Origin: Coriobacteriia bacterium
GTDB lineage: Bacteria > Actinomycetota > Coriobacteriia > Coriobacteriales > UBA8131
DNA length: 64,000 nucleotides
NCBI GenBank assembly: GCA_009783085.1
Contig: WRHU01000004.1
Location: 8,164 to 72,163 of the forward strand
Reading direction: 5' to 3'
Shown here piece by piece: positions 1 through 8,513 of this stretch. The notes below the pieces were generated by a model that saw only the letters and a list, made by a program, of their open reading frames with translations, ran no database searches and was not told the DNA's origin. Position 1 is the stretch's first letter. Each line of letters begins with the position of its first letter. The translations under genes were made by a program, and so were the position numbers.

Positions 1-264
1 CCAGGCAACATTCTCCTTGAAGAGTTTCTGGTGCCGCTGGGGCTCACGCAGGTGGAGTTTGCTCAGCACCTTGGCATACCAGTGCAGCGCATAAACGAGA
101 TTGTGCGGGGCAAACGTGGCGTTACCTCTGCTACGGCATGGCTCTTTTCTGAAGCTCTTGAAACCACGCCGGAGTTTTGGCTTAATCTACAGATGAACAG
201 AGATCTTGCCCTCAGTCGTCCCGAAAAACCAACAAAACCCCTACAAGCAGTATCGGGCTGGTAG
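1..264 (+). CDS. higA: HigA-family antitoxin / XRE helix-turn-helix protein; the 5-prime end runs off the window
   Basis: Frame 1 is open from base 1 (PGNILLEEFLVPLGLTQVEFAQHLGIPVQRINEIVRGKRGVT...EFWLNLQ), a typical HigA/VapI-type HTH sequence. The partner toxin would lie upstream, outside the window. Confidence 0.8.
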   Translation, partial: PGNILLEEFLVPLGLTQVEFAQHLGIPVQRINEIVRGKRGVTSATAWLFSEALETTPEFWLNLQMNRDLALSRPEKPTKPLQAVSGW

Positions 265-279
265 TTAGCTCTTTGCAAG

Positions 280-720
280 CTAACACTCTTCAAAAATGCA
301 AGTTTCCGCTTTTTTGTCGTAACTAATGTTGTAGCTTTTTCCAGCCTCTGCTTCTACTGATACCTTGTTTGGCCCAACGGTAGTTGTGACTGTCTTGTAC
401 ATAACGCCAGGACGTGCCCACGCATACTCGTATTCAACGATGTTCTCGCCTGGAACCAAATAGAAGGCTGGCTTCATGCCTTCACTAAATAAAACAGGAG
501 CGGCACCATTGATACTCAGCGGAGTAAAGGTACCTGTGGTTGCACCTTTTATGATTGCTTTTGCGGCATCCGGATGTTCGCTTAAAAAGGTCTGAACATC
601 TCCTTTAATCTTTTTGGAACGAAAGACCATGTATATTGCCCAAGCAACAATAGCAACAGCAATAAAGATTATGGAATACTTACCAGGACCACTTAAAATA
701 GTTTCAAAAAAATCAGGCAT
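280..720 (-). CDS. hypothetical single-pass membrane protein
   Basis: 146-aa ORF with an N-terminal TM helix (YSIIFIAVAIVAWAIYMVF) followed by a beta-rich domain. GC is lower than the flanks. Its start abuts the stop of the upstream ORF (721). No family recognised. Confidence 0.5.
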   Translation of the reverse strand: MPDFFETILSGPGKYSIIFIAVAIVAWAIYMVFRSKKIKGDVQTFLSEHPDAAKAIIKGATTGTFTPLSINGAAPVLFSEGMKPAFYLVPGENIVEYEYAWARPGVMYKTVTTTVGPNKVSVEAEAGKSYNISYDKKAETCIFEEC

Positions 721-1170
721 TTACTTACTTCCTTTCATAATTGTTTTTATTTTTTCAGGCTCTGGGTCAGTTACGCCGAGCGTATCCAAGAGCCTGTTAA
801 ACCTACGTGCTCCCAACATGGAACAGTCTATGTTGGTCATTTCTCCATTTGCTTGTGTAACACTAAGTGCGCAGTCACTATCTCCATCCGTTGTTTTGAT
901 GAGCGCAGAAATGCCTACCTCGCTCAAATTAAAGCGATGCTTTTCTTTAGAACCCCTATGCACAGAAAAAGAATCGCCATCAACAACAATCTTAATGTTA
1001 TTGAAAAAGAGGGCAAACAAGATGCTCAATAAAAGTACTGCGATTCCTGCAGCAAGTGCAATTTCCCATCTCAAAAACCAACTCAATATGAGTGCCAAAA
1101 CTGCACCACCTGCCACTCCATATACTATTTCTTTGATTTTGACAAACAAACTGCTTTGATAGACTTCCAT
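721..1170 (-). CDS. hypothetical membrane protein with two TM helices and a PH-like C-terminal domain
   Basis: 149-aa ORF with a hydrophobic hairpin (VAGGAVLALILSWFL / LAAGIAVLLLSILFALFF) followed by a soluble domain. It is adjacent to 280..720 with no gap, and an AT-rich promoter region lies upstream (1200-1480). Confidence 0.5.
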   Translation of the reverse strand: MEVYQSSLFVKIKEIVYGVAGGAVLALILSWFLRWEIALAAGIAVLLLSILFALFFNNIKIVVDGDSFSVHRGSKEKHRFNLSEVGISALIKTTDGDSDCALSVTQANGEMTNIDCSMLGARRFNRLLDTLGVTDPEPEKIKTIMKGSK

Positions 1171-1514
1171 ACGTGCCTCTCTCCAAAAAAAAAAGCTCTC
1201 CCACCACAGAGGGCTGCAGCTAAGTAGCTTAGTTTCATAAATCTATTTCAGAATAAATATTGACTTCCCTCACCTTTGCATTTTTGATAAGAAAGAATTA
1301 TTTACAACTCTATAATAACACAAATAGAGGAAATAAATCTGTATTTATGATGTTTTACTATAAAGATGCGTATTAAATGTGTTTTTGCGTTAGATTGTCA
1401 ACAAATGAATAAGCGTTGCTATTGCCTTTTTATAGCTATACTAGTATAGTGTTATAGTTGTGGTGCTTGTCAGAACGGGTTCGCCTCTATCTGCATACAG
1501 AAGGGAGGTGAAAC

Positions 1515-1637
1515 ATGGACACACAATCGATACTGGTGGCAGTTGCGGGCTTGCTCGTGGCGCTAGCGGCGGTCGGTGATGTTGTGTTTAAGTTCTGGCG
1601 TGAGAGCCGGAATAACAAGAAGCGTCCACGTAAGTAG
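1515..1637 (+). CDS. candidate small hydrophobic peptide (40 aa), type I toxin / holin-like; not in the supplied ORF track
   Basis: ATG at 1515 lies 6 nt after GGGAGG (1503-1508). Product is MDTQSILVAVAGLLVALAAVGDVVFKFWRESRNNKKRPRK: one TM helix plus a basic tail. A TTGCCT-17-TATAGT promoter-like pair sits at 1422-1450. Confidence 0.35.
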   Translation: MDTQSILVAVAGLLVALAAVGDVVFKFWRESRNNKKRPRK

Positions 1638-1760
1638 ACGCTTCCAAACATTTCGGCGAACCCGTCAGGCTCCCTAAGCCTAGCTGGCGGGCACCGCACG
1701 TATTAGTATAACACCAATCATTCCTATTTTCTCTGCCGATTTTTGACAAAAAGAAAGCAG

Positions 1761-3491
1761 CTATTCCTTTCCTACCCGGGCATCTTGAACCATCTTGGCA
1801 ACGGTTGCAGCCACAGTATCAAGCGGGATTTCTTGGCGCTCGCCCGTGGCACGCTCCTTAAACTCAACCACCCCAGACTCAAGCCCTCGTTTGCCTACAA
1901 TAAGCTGATACGGCCAGCCAATGAGATCGGCATCATTAAACTTAACGCCCGCACGCTCTGCTCGGTCGTCAAAGGCTACTTCAATGCCCGCCGCACACAG
2001 ATCCTCGGCAAGCGAAAGCGCCGCTGGCTCAACCAGTTCATCGCCCGCTGCCAAAGGAATAACCACTACCTCGGCAGGGCACACGCTCACAGGCCAGATA
2101 ATCCCCTGCTCGTCATAATGCTGCTCAACCACAGCGGCAAGACTGCGTGTTACGCCCCAGCCGTAGCAACCCATAACAAAGGGCTTCTCGGCGTTATCCT
2201 CGTCCATGTAGCGGGCTTGCATGGCCTCAGAATACTTGGTTCCCAACTGAAAGACCTGCCCTACCTCAATGCCACGTGCTGCGGTAAGTGCCTTGCCACA
2301 AGCGGGGCAACCGTCACCCTCGCGAGCCTCAATAAGCTCTGCCCACTGCGTTATCTCAAAATCGGTGCCGAGCGTAGCACCCACATAGTGATAGCCCTCC
2401 TCATTGGCACCGCATATCCACTGCGGCAACTCTTTAAGAGAAGCATCGGCGTAGACCTGCACGTCTTTGGATAAACCAACAGGCCCCAGATAGCCCTTAA
2501 CAAGTCCAGCTTTTTTGATTTCCTCATCATCAAGCAAGGTAAAGCTGCCGAGAAGATTTGCTGCTTTAGTTTCGCTCAGCTCGTGATTTCCCGGAACAAA
2601 AAGTATGGTGGTACGGTCTTGTCCATCGCGTCCGCACAAGGCTTTGACGCAAGAAGCCTCGTTTACCTTGAGATAGGCAGCTACATCAGCTATTGCCTCG
2701 GTATTGGGAGTGGCAACCTTTTCAAAAGCTACGGCGTGGGATTTAAGCGCCACCTGAGCATTTGCCACCTCAACATTGGCAGCAAAACCGCAGTCGCAAT
2801 ACAAAATGCCTGCTTCGCCCGTTTGCGCCAGTGCCATGAACTCAACGGAGGTTTGTCCGCCAATCTGTCCAGAATCAGCCTCTACACCACGCCAAACAAG
2901 CCCCAGACGGTGGCAAATACGCCCATACGCCTGTGCTTGCGCATCATAGTGTTCTTGCAAGCACTCCTGAGAGGCATGAAAACTGTAGGCATCTTTCATC
3001 AAGAACTCACGCCCACGCAGCAAGCCAAAACGAGGGCGCACCTCGTCGCGATACTTCCAGTGCATGTGATAGAGCGAAAGCGGCAGCTCTTTATAACTTC
3101 TCAACTCGTTACGGGTAAGCGCCGTGATAAGCTCCTCGTGTGTGGGCCCGAGCGCATAGCAATTCTCGTGACGGTCGGTAAGGCGCATGAGCTCAGGACC
3201 ATAGACGTCCCAACGCCCGCTCTCATGCCACAGCTCGGCAGGTTGCAAAATGGGCATGAGCAGCTCTTGGCAGCCAATAGCGTCCATTTCCTCCCTAATA
3301 ATCTGTTCAATTTTACGGAGCACACGATACCCCAGGGGCAAAAAGGCATAAATGCCGGAGCTAATGCGACGCATCATGGCAGCACGCAACAAAAGACGGT
3401 GCGAGGCTATCTCGGCATCAACAGGATCCTCTTTGAGAGTTGGACTATACAGAGTGCTCAAGTGGGTAATTTTTGGGTTTATGAGGGGCAC
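1761..3491 (-). CDS. proS: proline--tRNA ligase (bacterial type with INS editing domain)
   Basis: 576 aa; N-terminus LYSPTLKEDPVDAEIASHRLLLRAAMMRRISSGIYAFLPLG. Class II core and anticodon-binding C-terminus. GTG start with an AAGGAG SD 7 nt upstream. Confidence 0.95.
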   Translation of the reverse strand: MPLINPKITHLSTLYSPTLKEDPVDAEIASHRLLLRAAMMRRISSGIYAFLPLGYRVLRKIEQIIREEMDAIGCQELLMPILQPAELWHESGRWDVYGPELMRLTDRHENCYALGPTHEELITALTRNELRSYKELPLSLYHMHWKYRDEVRPRFGLLRGREFLMKDAYSFHASQECLQEHYDAQAQAYGRICHRLGLVWRGVEADSGQIGGQTSVEFMALAQTGEAGILYCDCGFAANVEVANAQVALKSHAVAFEKVATPNTEAIADVAAYLKVNEASCVKALCGRDGQDRTTILFVPGNHELSETKAANLLGSFTLLDDEEIKKAGLVKGYLGPVGLSKDVQVYADASLKELPQWICGANEEGYHYVGATLGTDFEITQWAELIEAREGDGCPACGKALTAARGIEVGQVFQLGTKYSEAMQARYMDEDNAEKPFVMGCYGWGVTRSLAAVVEQHYDEQGIIWPVSVCPAEVVVIPLAAGDELVEPAALSLAEDLCAAGIEVAFDDRAERAGVKFNDADLIGWPYQLIVGKRGLESGVVEFKERATGERQEIPLDTVAATVAKMVQDARVGKE

Positions 3492-3508
3492 GGTGGTTCT
3501 CCTTGGGT

Positions 3509-3577
3509 CGGTTGGTGGGTCAAACGGTTAATGGTCAAGCGGTTAATGGTCAGACGGTTAATGGTCAAACGGTCAAG
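3509..3577. repeat. 15-bp tandem repeat (CGGTTAATGGTCAAR), about 4.5 copies, filling the ispG-proS spacer
   Basis: Units read directly at 3525-3539, 3540-3554 and 3555-3569, with degenerate copies at 3509-3524 and 3570-3584. Confidence 0.9.
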
Positions 3578-3579
3578 CG

Positions 3580-4710
3580 TTAGTCAAGTTTTGCTATCTC
3601 GTCAAACAAGGCATCAACAATCTCGCTTTCTGAAACAGTATAAAGCACTTCTCCTTTAGAAAATATTGCACCTTTGCCTAAACCGCAGGCAACGCCAACG
3701 TCTGCCTCACGCGCCTCGCCGGGCCCGTTAACTACACAGCCCATAACGGCAACCGCAAGCGGTTTTTTGATGGTCTGCAAACGCTCGTCAACGGCAAGCG
3801 CAAGCGACTGAAGGTCAACCTGACACCTGCCGCAGGTGGGACAACTGATAAGCTCGGGCGTGCGGCGGCGCAAGCCCACCGCTGCCAAAATATCCCAGGC
3901 AACACGTACTTCCTCAGCAAGCGGAGCGGTAAGCGAAACACGCAAGGTGTCGCCAATGCCCTCATACAAAAGTGCGCCAATAGCAAGGGCAGATTTAACG
4001 GTGCCTTGCCGCAGCGTTCCCGCCTCGGTAACACCAAGGTGCAGCGGGATTTCTGGCAATTCATGTGCAAGCAAGCGATAGGTTTCAATGGTAGTGCTTA
4101 CGTCATGCGCTTTGGCAGAAAGCACAATGTCCTTAAAACCACGGGCTTGAAAATGCTCAACAAAGGCTGAGGCAGAGCCCGCGAGTTTCTGTGGTTGAGT
4201 AAGGTCGGTGCGCGCGGCATACTCAGCATCAAGCGAGCCAGCGTTTACGCCAATTCGTATTGGTATGCCGCGCGCACCGCACTCGTCAATAATGGCGTCA
4301 ACACGCTCCATAGACCCAATATTGCCGGGGTTTATCCGCAGCTTTGCCGCTCCACGCTTGGCTGCCTCAAGAGCCAGTTTGTGATTGAAATGAATGTCAG
4401 CAATAACCGGCAGTACCGACTGGGCGCAAATAGACTCAAAAGCATCAAGCGCTTCCTCGTTGGGCACGGCAACCCTGATGAGCTCGCAACCTAACTCGGC
4501 AAGTTCTTCTATGGTTTTACAACACAACGCTACCTCAGTGGTAGGCGTATTGAGCATGGACTGCACGGCAACGGGTGCGCCTCCGCCAATGACAACGGGT
4601 TCTCTCCCGCCAGCCTTTGCAGAGCCTATGTGGACTTGGCGCGTGGAGAGGCGAGGCGTGGACACACTGGCTGAAGCTGCGGCTTGCAGGCGAGAGTTTT
4701 GCGCAGTCAT
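3580..4710 (-). CDS. ispG: 4-hydroxy-3-methylbut-2-en-1-yl diphosphate synthase (flavodoxin)
   Basis: 376 aa; GcpE signatures (VAVQSMLNT, RVAVPNEEA, IRIGVNAGSL, C-terminal CPTCGRC Fe-S cysteines). Confidence 0.95.
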   Translation of the reverse strand: MTAQNSRLQAAASASVSTPRLSTRQVHIGSAKAGGREPVVIGGGAPVAVQSMLNTPTTEVALCCKTIEELAELGCELIRVAVPNEEALDAFESICAQSVLPVIADIHFNHKLALEAAKRGAAKLRINPGNIGSMERVDAIIDECGARGIPIRIGVNAGSLDAEYAARTDLTQPQKLAGSASAFVEHFQARGFKDIVLSAKAHDVSTTIETYRLLAHELPEIPLHLGVTEAGTLRQGTVKSALAIGALLYEGIGDTLRVSLTAPLAEEVRVAWDILAAVGLRRRTPELISCPTCGRCQVDLQSLALAVDERLQTIKKPLAVAVMGCVVNGPGEAREADVGVACGLGKGAIFSKGEVLYTVSESEIVDALFDEIAKLD

Positions 4711-4713
4711 GTT

Positions 4714-6018
4714 TTAGCCCCCAAGAAAATAGCGATGAATGTCCTGATTGGTCAGCACAATAAATAAAAGCAAGAGCAGCAACAGCGCAATAATGCTGAT
4801 GCTGTTCACAATCGCCACCGGAATGGTGCGCCCCGTAACACGTTGAATGGTTTCGATAACAATTTTTCCGCCGTCTAAGGGAGGCACGGGCAGCAGGTTC
4901 ATAAGCCCGATTGAAATAGACAGCAAGCCCGCCAAAAAGATAAAGGGCAAAAATCCGCTCGAAGCGGCACGCTCAGCCTCAACCGCAATTCCCACCACCG
5001 ATGAGGACTGGCTAATAGTTTCACCCGCCGTAAAGGGATTGAGTAAATTGGCGATAAGCTCCGCCGTCATGCCTATTACCATAAAAGTGGTGCCGAGTGC
5101 GTCTATAAAGCTCACCGGCGCAGGCTCAAGCTTGGGGCTGATGCCCACCAGCGCACGTCCGTCTTGTTCCACCAGCGTAATCGAAGCTGTCTTTTTAACG
5201 CCGCTTCTGGTGGTGTAACCAAGCTCAATGGTGTCGCCCGCTTTATGTGTGGAAACAAGCTCTGCAAAAGCAGCCCACTCAGTAAACGATGTTCCATCAA
5301 CGCTCGTAATGGTGTCGCCAGCAATAATTCCCGCCTTTTGCGCCGGTAGGCCTTCGCTCACCGAGTCAATGGTAGTGGTAGCGGCAACCGTGCCGAGCGC
5401 CATAAGTATTATCGAAGTAATCAAAATGCCAAATATGAGATTAAACGCCGAACCACCGAGCAAAAATATCATGCGTCGATACCACGGCATGCCAGCATAA
5501 GTGTGCTTGCGCTCCTCATCTATGTGAGCCGAAGCCGCCTCGTGGCTTGCAACAGGACGCGGCTGCCCCTGTGCATACGCTACACCCTTAACCGTAGCAG
5601 CAGGCATATCGTAGCGCTTGTTGCCCGCTTCGAGCTTGGTAGCTTCAATGGTCATCCAACTAACAAGCGAGTCCAAGGCTTCCACAAGGTCAAAGCCCAG
5701 TGCCTCACTCGATTTGTCAGCCTGAATAGTGGTAAGTGAGCCCCAATACGCAAGGTAAGCATACGCTTTGGAGAGATTGGGGTTTTCCGCACCTGTCTCG
5801 CCTGCAACAAGACAATATCCACCCAGCGGAATAGCCGTAACGCCATAGCGCGTTTGCTTGCCCTTAATGCCCAGCGACGGCCCCGGCAGCCCGAGCATGA
5901 ACTCCCGAACACGTACACCCATAAGGCGGGCGGTAAGAAAATGTCCGCCTTCGTGAATAAAAACAATGATGCTAATGAGGATAATTCCCCAAAATATAAT
6001 TGCAACTGCCTGTGGCAT
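4714..6018 (-). CDS. rseP: RIP metalloprotease RseP/RasP (M50 site-2 protease with PDZ domain)
   Basis: 434 aa; HEGGHFLTARLMG zinc motif in TM1, internal PDZ (GLPAQKAGIIAGDTITSVDG), and a C-terminal NLLPVPPLDGG motif. Confidence 0.9.
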   Translation of the reverse strand: MPQAVAIIFWGIILISIIVFIHEGGHFLTARLMGVRVREFMLGLPGPSLGIKGKQTRYGVTAIPLGGYCLVAGETGAENPNLSKAYAYLAYWGSLTTIQADKSSEALGFDLVEALDSLVSWMTIEATKLEAGNKRYDMPAATVKGVAYAQGQPRPVASHEAASAHIDEERKHTYAGMPWYRRMIFLLGGSAFNLIFGILITSIILMALGTVAATTTIDSVSEGLPAQKAGIIAGDTITSVDGTSFTEWAAFAELVSTHKAGDTIELGYTTRSGVKKTASITLVEQDGRALVGISPKLEPAPVSFIDALGTTFMVIGMTAELIANLLNPFTAGETISQSSSVVGIAVEAERAASSGFLPFIFLAGLLSISIGLMNLLPVPPLDGGKIVIETIQRVTGRTIPVAIVNSISIIALLLLLLLFIVLTNQDIHRYFLGG

Positions 6019-6104
6019 GTTTCTCCTTTGTGTCTGTTAAATGAGTTTATGCTTAACGTAGTATTGTACTGCATTGCGAGTTCTTTTGGCTGCTGCGGCT
6101 TAAC

Positions 6105-7598
6105 GTGGCGACGCAAAAAAATACTTGCAAGCGAATGTCTGTTCGCATAGGTGAAATCCTGTGCTATACTGCTTGTATGGCACAGCGTAACGAAACATAT
6201 CATTCAAAAAATGCGCGAGAGGGCTCTTTGACGGGCTCTCCTCTGCCACCAAAAGAGCAGACAGCGGCATTGCCAGCTCAAGAAGGCTCCCTACCAAGCT
6301 CTCTGCCCCCGTGGGAAGGCCCCGCAATCCTGCTCGTTGACCTTGATGCCTTTTTTGCCTCAGTTGAGCAGCTCGACCACCCCGAGTGGCGTGGTAAGCC
6401 GCTTATTGTGGGAGGAGATGCCAACAGACGAGGTGTGGTGTCTACCTGCTCGTATGAGGCCCGCACCTTTGGCGTGCGCTCAGCAATGGCAAGCAGCACA
6501 GCACAGCGGCTTTGCCCTACCGCCATTTGGGTTTCGGGCAATTTGGCACGCTATGGCGAAGTGTCACGGCAGGTTATGACTATTCTTGAAAGCTACTCCC
6601 CTCGTATTCAGCAGGTTTCTATTGACGAGGCCTTTATCGACGTGTCGCCGGGACGCTTTGTCAAAGAACACCCCGTTGTTTTGGCGCAAAAAATGCAGGA
6701 ACACGTTGCTACGCTGGGCGTTACGTGCTCCATTGGGGTTGGCACAAGTAAAACAATCGCCAAAATTGCCTCTGACCAAAACAAGCCGCAGGGGCTTACC
6801 GTAGTTTATCCGGGCAGAGAGCTCGACTTTCTTGCTCCCCTACCCGTTCGCGACATGAGCGGCATTGGGCGAAAAGCCGAGCAGCGTTTGCATGACTTGG
6901 GAATTACCACGCTTGCCGACCTTGCTGCCGCAGACGAAGAGCTGCTCAAGGGCATTTTTGGAAAAAACGCTTTTATGATGCGCGAGCGAGCCTGCGGGCG
7001 TGATGCCACCGAGGTGAGCAATGAGCGTGATGTTAAGTCGGTGAGCTATGAGGTCACGTTTTCGACCAATGTTATAGAGCTTGCAGAAATCAAGCGAGCC
7101 ATAGCTATGATAGCCGCCAAGGTGGCACGCCGCCTGCGCCGCAAAGAGCTTAAAGGCTACACGGTAACGCTCAAGGCTCGCCATGACGACCTTACCATTC
7201 ACACGGCTCAACGTACTCTTGAAAGGGCCGTTGACGACGAGGCTGATTTTATAGGCGTACTGTATGAGCTGGTATCCCACGTGTGGCGTGCTGGTGACGA
7301 GCTGCGACTGATAGGCGTAGGCGTGAGCTCTTTTGACGCACGTCCGGAGCAAATGAGCCTTTTTGGGGAGGAAGTGCTTGCTGGCGAGAGCGCAATGCCC
7401 AACAAAACGAGTGCTCAAACGAACAAGCAAGCTTCTCATTCTATCGAGCAACACAAACACGACCGCTCACTGGTAGAGGCAACCGATAAGGTCAAGAACA
7501 GGTTTGGAGAAAACGCCGTGCGCTACGGTCGTGAGCTACGTTTTGATGACCGCAAAACCAACACCATCGCCCAAGAAAGCGACGACGTAACCCCTTAA
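6105..7598 (+). CDS. dinB: DNA polymerase IV (Y-family); start uncertain (ATG at 6177 is an alternative)
   Basis: LLVDLDAFFASVEQLDHPEWRGKPLIVGG, SIDEAFIDVS and the little-finger region. It carries an N-terminal extension and a C-terminal tail relative to canonical DinB. Confidence 0.9.
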   Translation: MATQKNTCKRMSVRIGEILCYTACMAQRNETYHSKNAREGSLTGSPLPPKEQTAALPAQEGSLPSSLPPWEGPAILLVDLDAFFASVEQLDHPEWRGKPLIVGGDANRRGVVSTCSYEARTFGVRSAMASSTAQRLCPTAIWVSGNLARYGEVSRQVMTILESYSPRIQQVSIDEAFIDVSPGRFVKEHPVVLAQKMQEHVATLGVTCSIGVGTSKTIAKIASDQNKPQGLTVVYPGRELDFLAPLPVRDMSGIGRKAEQRLHDLGITTLADLAAADEELLKGIFGKNAFMMRERACGRDATEVSNERDVKSVSYEVTFSTNVIELAEIKRAIAMIAAKVARRLRRKELKGYTVTLKARHDDLTIHTAQRTLERAVDDEADFIGVLYELVSHVWRAGDELRLIGVGVSSFDARPEQMSLFGEEVLAGESAMPNKTSAQTNKQASHSIEQHKHDRSLVEATDKVKNRFGENAVRYGRELRFDDRKTNTIAQESDDVTP

Positions 7599-7690
7599 GG
7601 GGGACGGTCCCCTTTTGGCTTCTTGTTATACGTTAAACTATTCTACGTTCTGTAATTGTTATATGCTTGGCAAATTGTAAAGGAGCATCT

Positions 7691-8026
7691 ATGAACAAGC
7701 TCAAGTACGTTGCTCTACTATCTCTTATTATTGTATTGGTACTAGGAGTCTGTTGTAAGCCTGTTGAAAACGAAAATGGATCCGCGAGTAATGTGGAAAA
7801 ATTTGAAAAATTGAAACTTGGCACAAGCATAGATGACGTATACCAAGAGCTTGGAGAGCCCACGGATGACATTGGGTCAGGCGTTCCGATTCTGATTTAT
7901 GAAATGAAAAACGACAAAACCAATGAATTAGAAGTATTTATGCTGAACTTTGATTTGGGCAATAGCCTCACAAAAGTTACCTTACTTGGAAAAGATGGAG
8001 ACAACCGAATATTGGTCGGCGAGTAA
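7691..8026 (+). CDS. small secreted protein or lipoprotein, hypothetical
   Basis: AGGAG at 7681-7685 precedes the ATG at 7691. Signal peptide MNKLKYVALLSLIIVLVLGVCC. The segment has low GC. Confidence 0.55.
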   Translation: MNKLKYVALLSLIIVLVLGVCCKPVENENGSASNVEKFEKLKLGTSIDDVYQELGEPTDDIGSGVPILIYEMKNDKTNELEVFMLNFDLGNSLTKVTLLGKDGDNRILVGE

Positions 8027-8103
8027 TACCATACAACAACATGAGGTGGCGCAGCCGCAGGGGTGCTGTCTACAAAGTGACGGTTGGAGCGGCGTTTAGA
8101 AAG

Positions 8104-8505
8104 TTATTGCTCTATGCCGTGTTCGGTGAGGTCGAGGCGAGGGGCATCGTTCCAGATAGTTTCAAGCCGGTAAAACTCACGAAAGTCAGGCTGGAATACG
8201 TGCACAACAAAATCGCCGTAATCAAGCAAAACCCACGTAAGCTCATCTTTGCCCTCACGTCCAACGGGTTTGATTCCTGCTTTTTCACGCAGGGCTTCTT
8301 CGACGGCATCGCAAATAGCGTCAACTTGTCGGTTATTTGCGCCGGTGGCAATCACAAAGTAATCCGTGATAACAAGCTGCTTGCGCACCTCTTGTACCAC
8401 AATATCAAGTCCCTTTTTCTCAAAGGCTGCCTGCGCTGCCAATACTGCCCATTCACGTGAAGCATCTTGGTTTTTTTGTGTTGCTTTTGTAGTCGTTTTT
8501 GCCAT
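8104..8505 (-). CDS. rsfS: ribosome silencing factor RsfS (iojap family)
   Basis: 133 aa; ITDYFVIATGANNRQVDAICDAVEE...WVLLDYGDFVVHVF. Confidence 0.9.
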   Translation of the reverse strand: MAKTTTKATQKNQDASREWAVLAAQAAFEKKGLDIVVQEVRKQLVITDYFVIATGANNRQVDAICDAVEEALREKAGIKPVGREGKDELTWVLLDYGDFVVHVFQPDFREFYRLETIWNDAPRLDLTEHGIEQ

Positions 8506-8513
8506 AAGGGTAT

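Noticed and set aside
3509-3577. CRISPR array (also considered for the arrays at 14441-14570 and 55184-55261)
   Set aside because: The repeats are head to tail with no unique spacers, the units are only 15-31 bp, and there are no cas genes in the window.
3492-3579. Possible T-box leader upstream of proS (also checked 44661-44710 upstream of gltX)
   Set aside because: The spacers are only 88 and 50 nt, with no specifier loop or T-box sequence. The proS spacer is filled by the 15-bp tandem array.
1743-3659. Long plus-strand ORFs (1743-2474, 2583-3659) opposite proS
   Set aside because: These are shadow ORFs antisense to a confidently identified proS. Their products are low-complexity or Arg/Leu-rich with no recognisable motifs.
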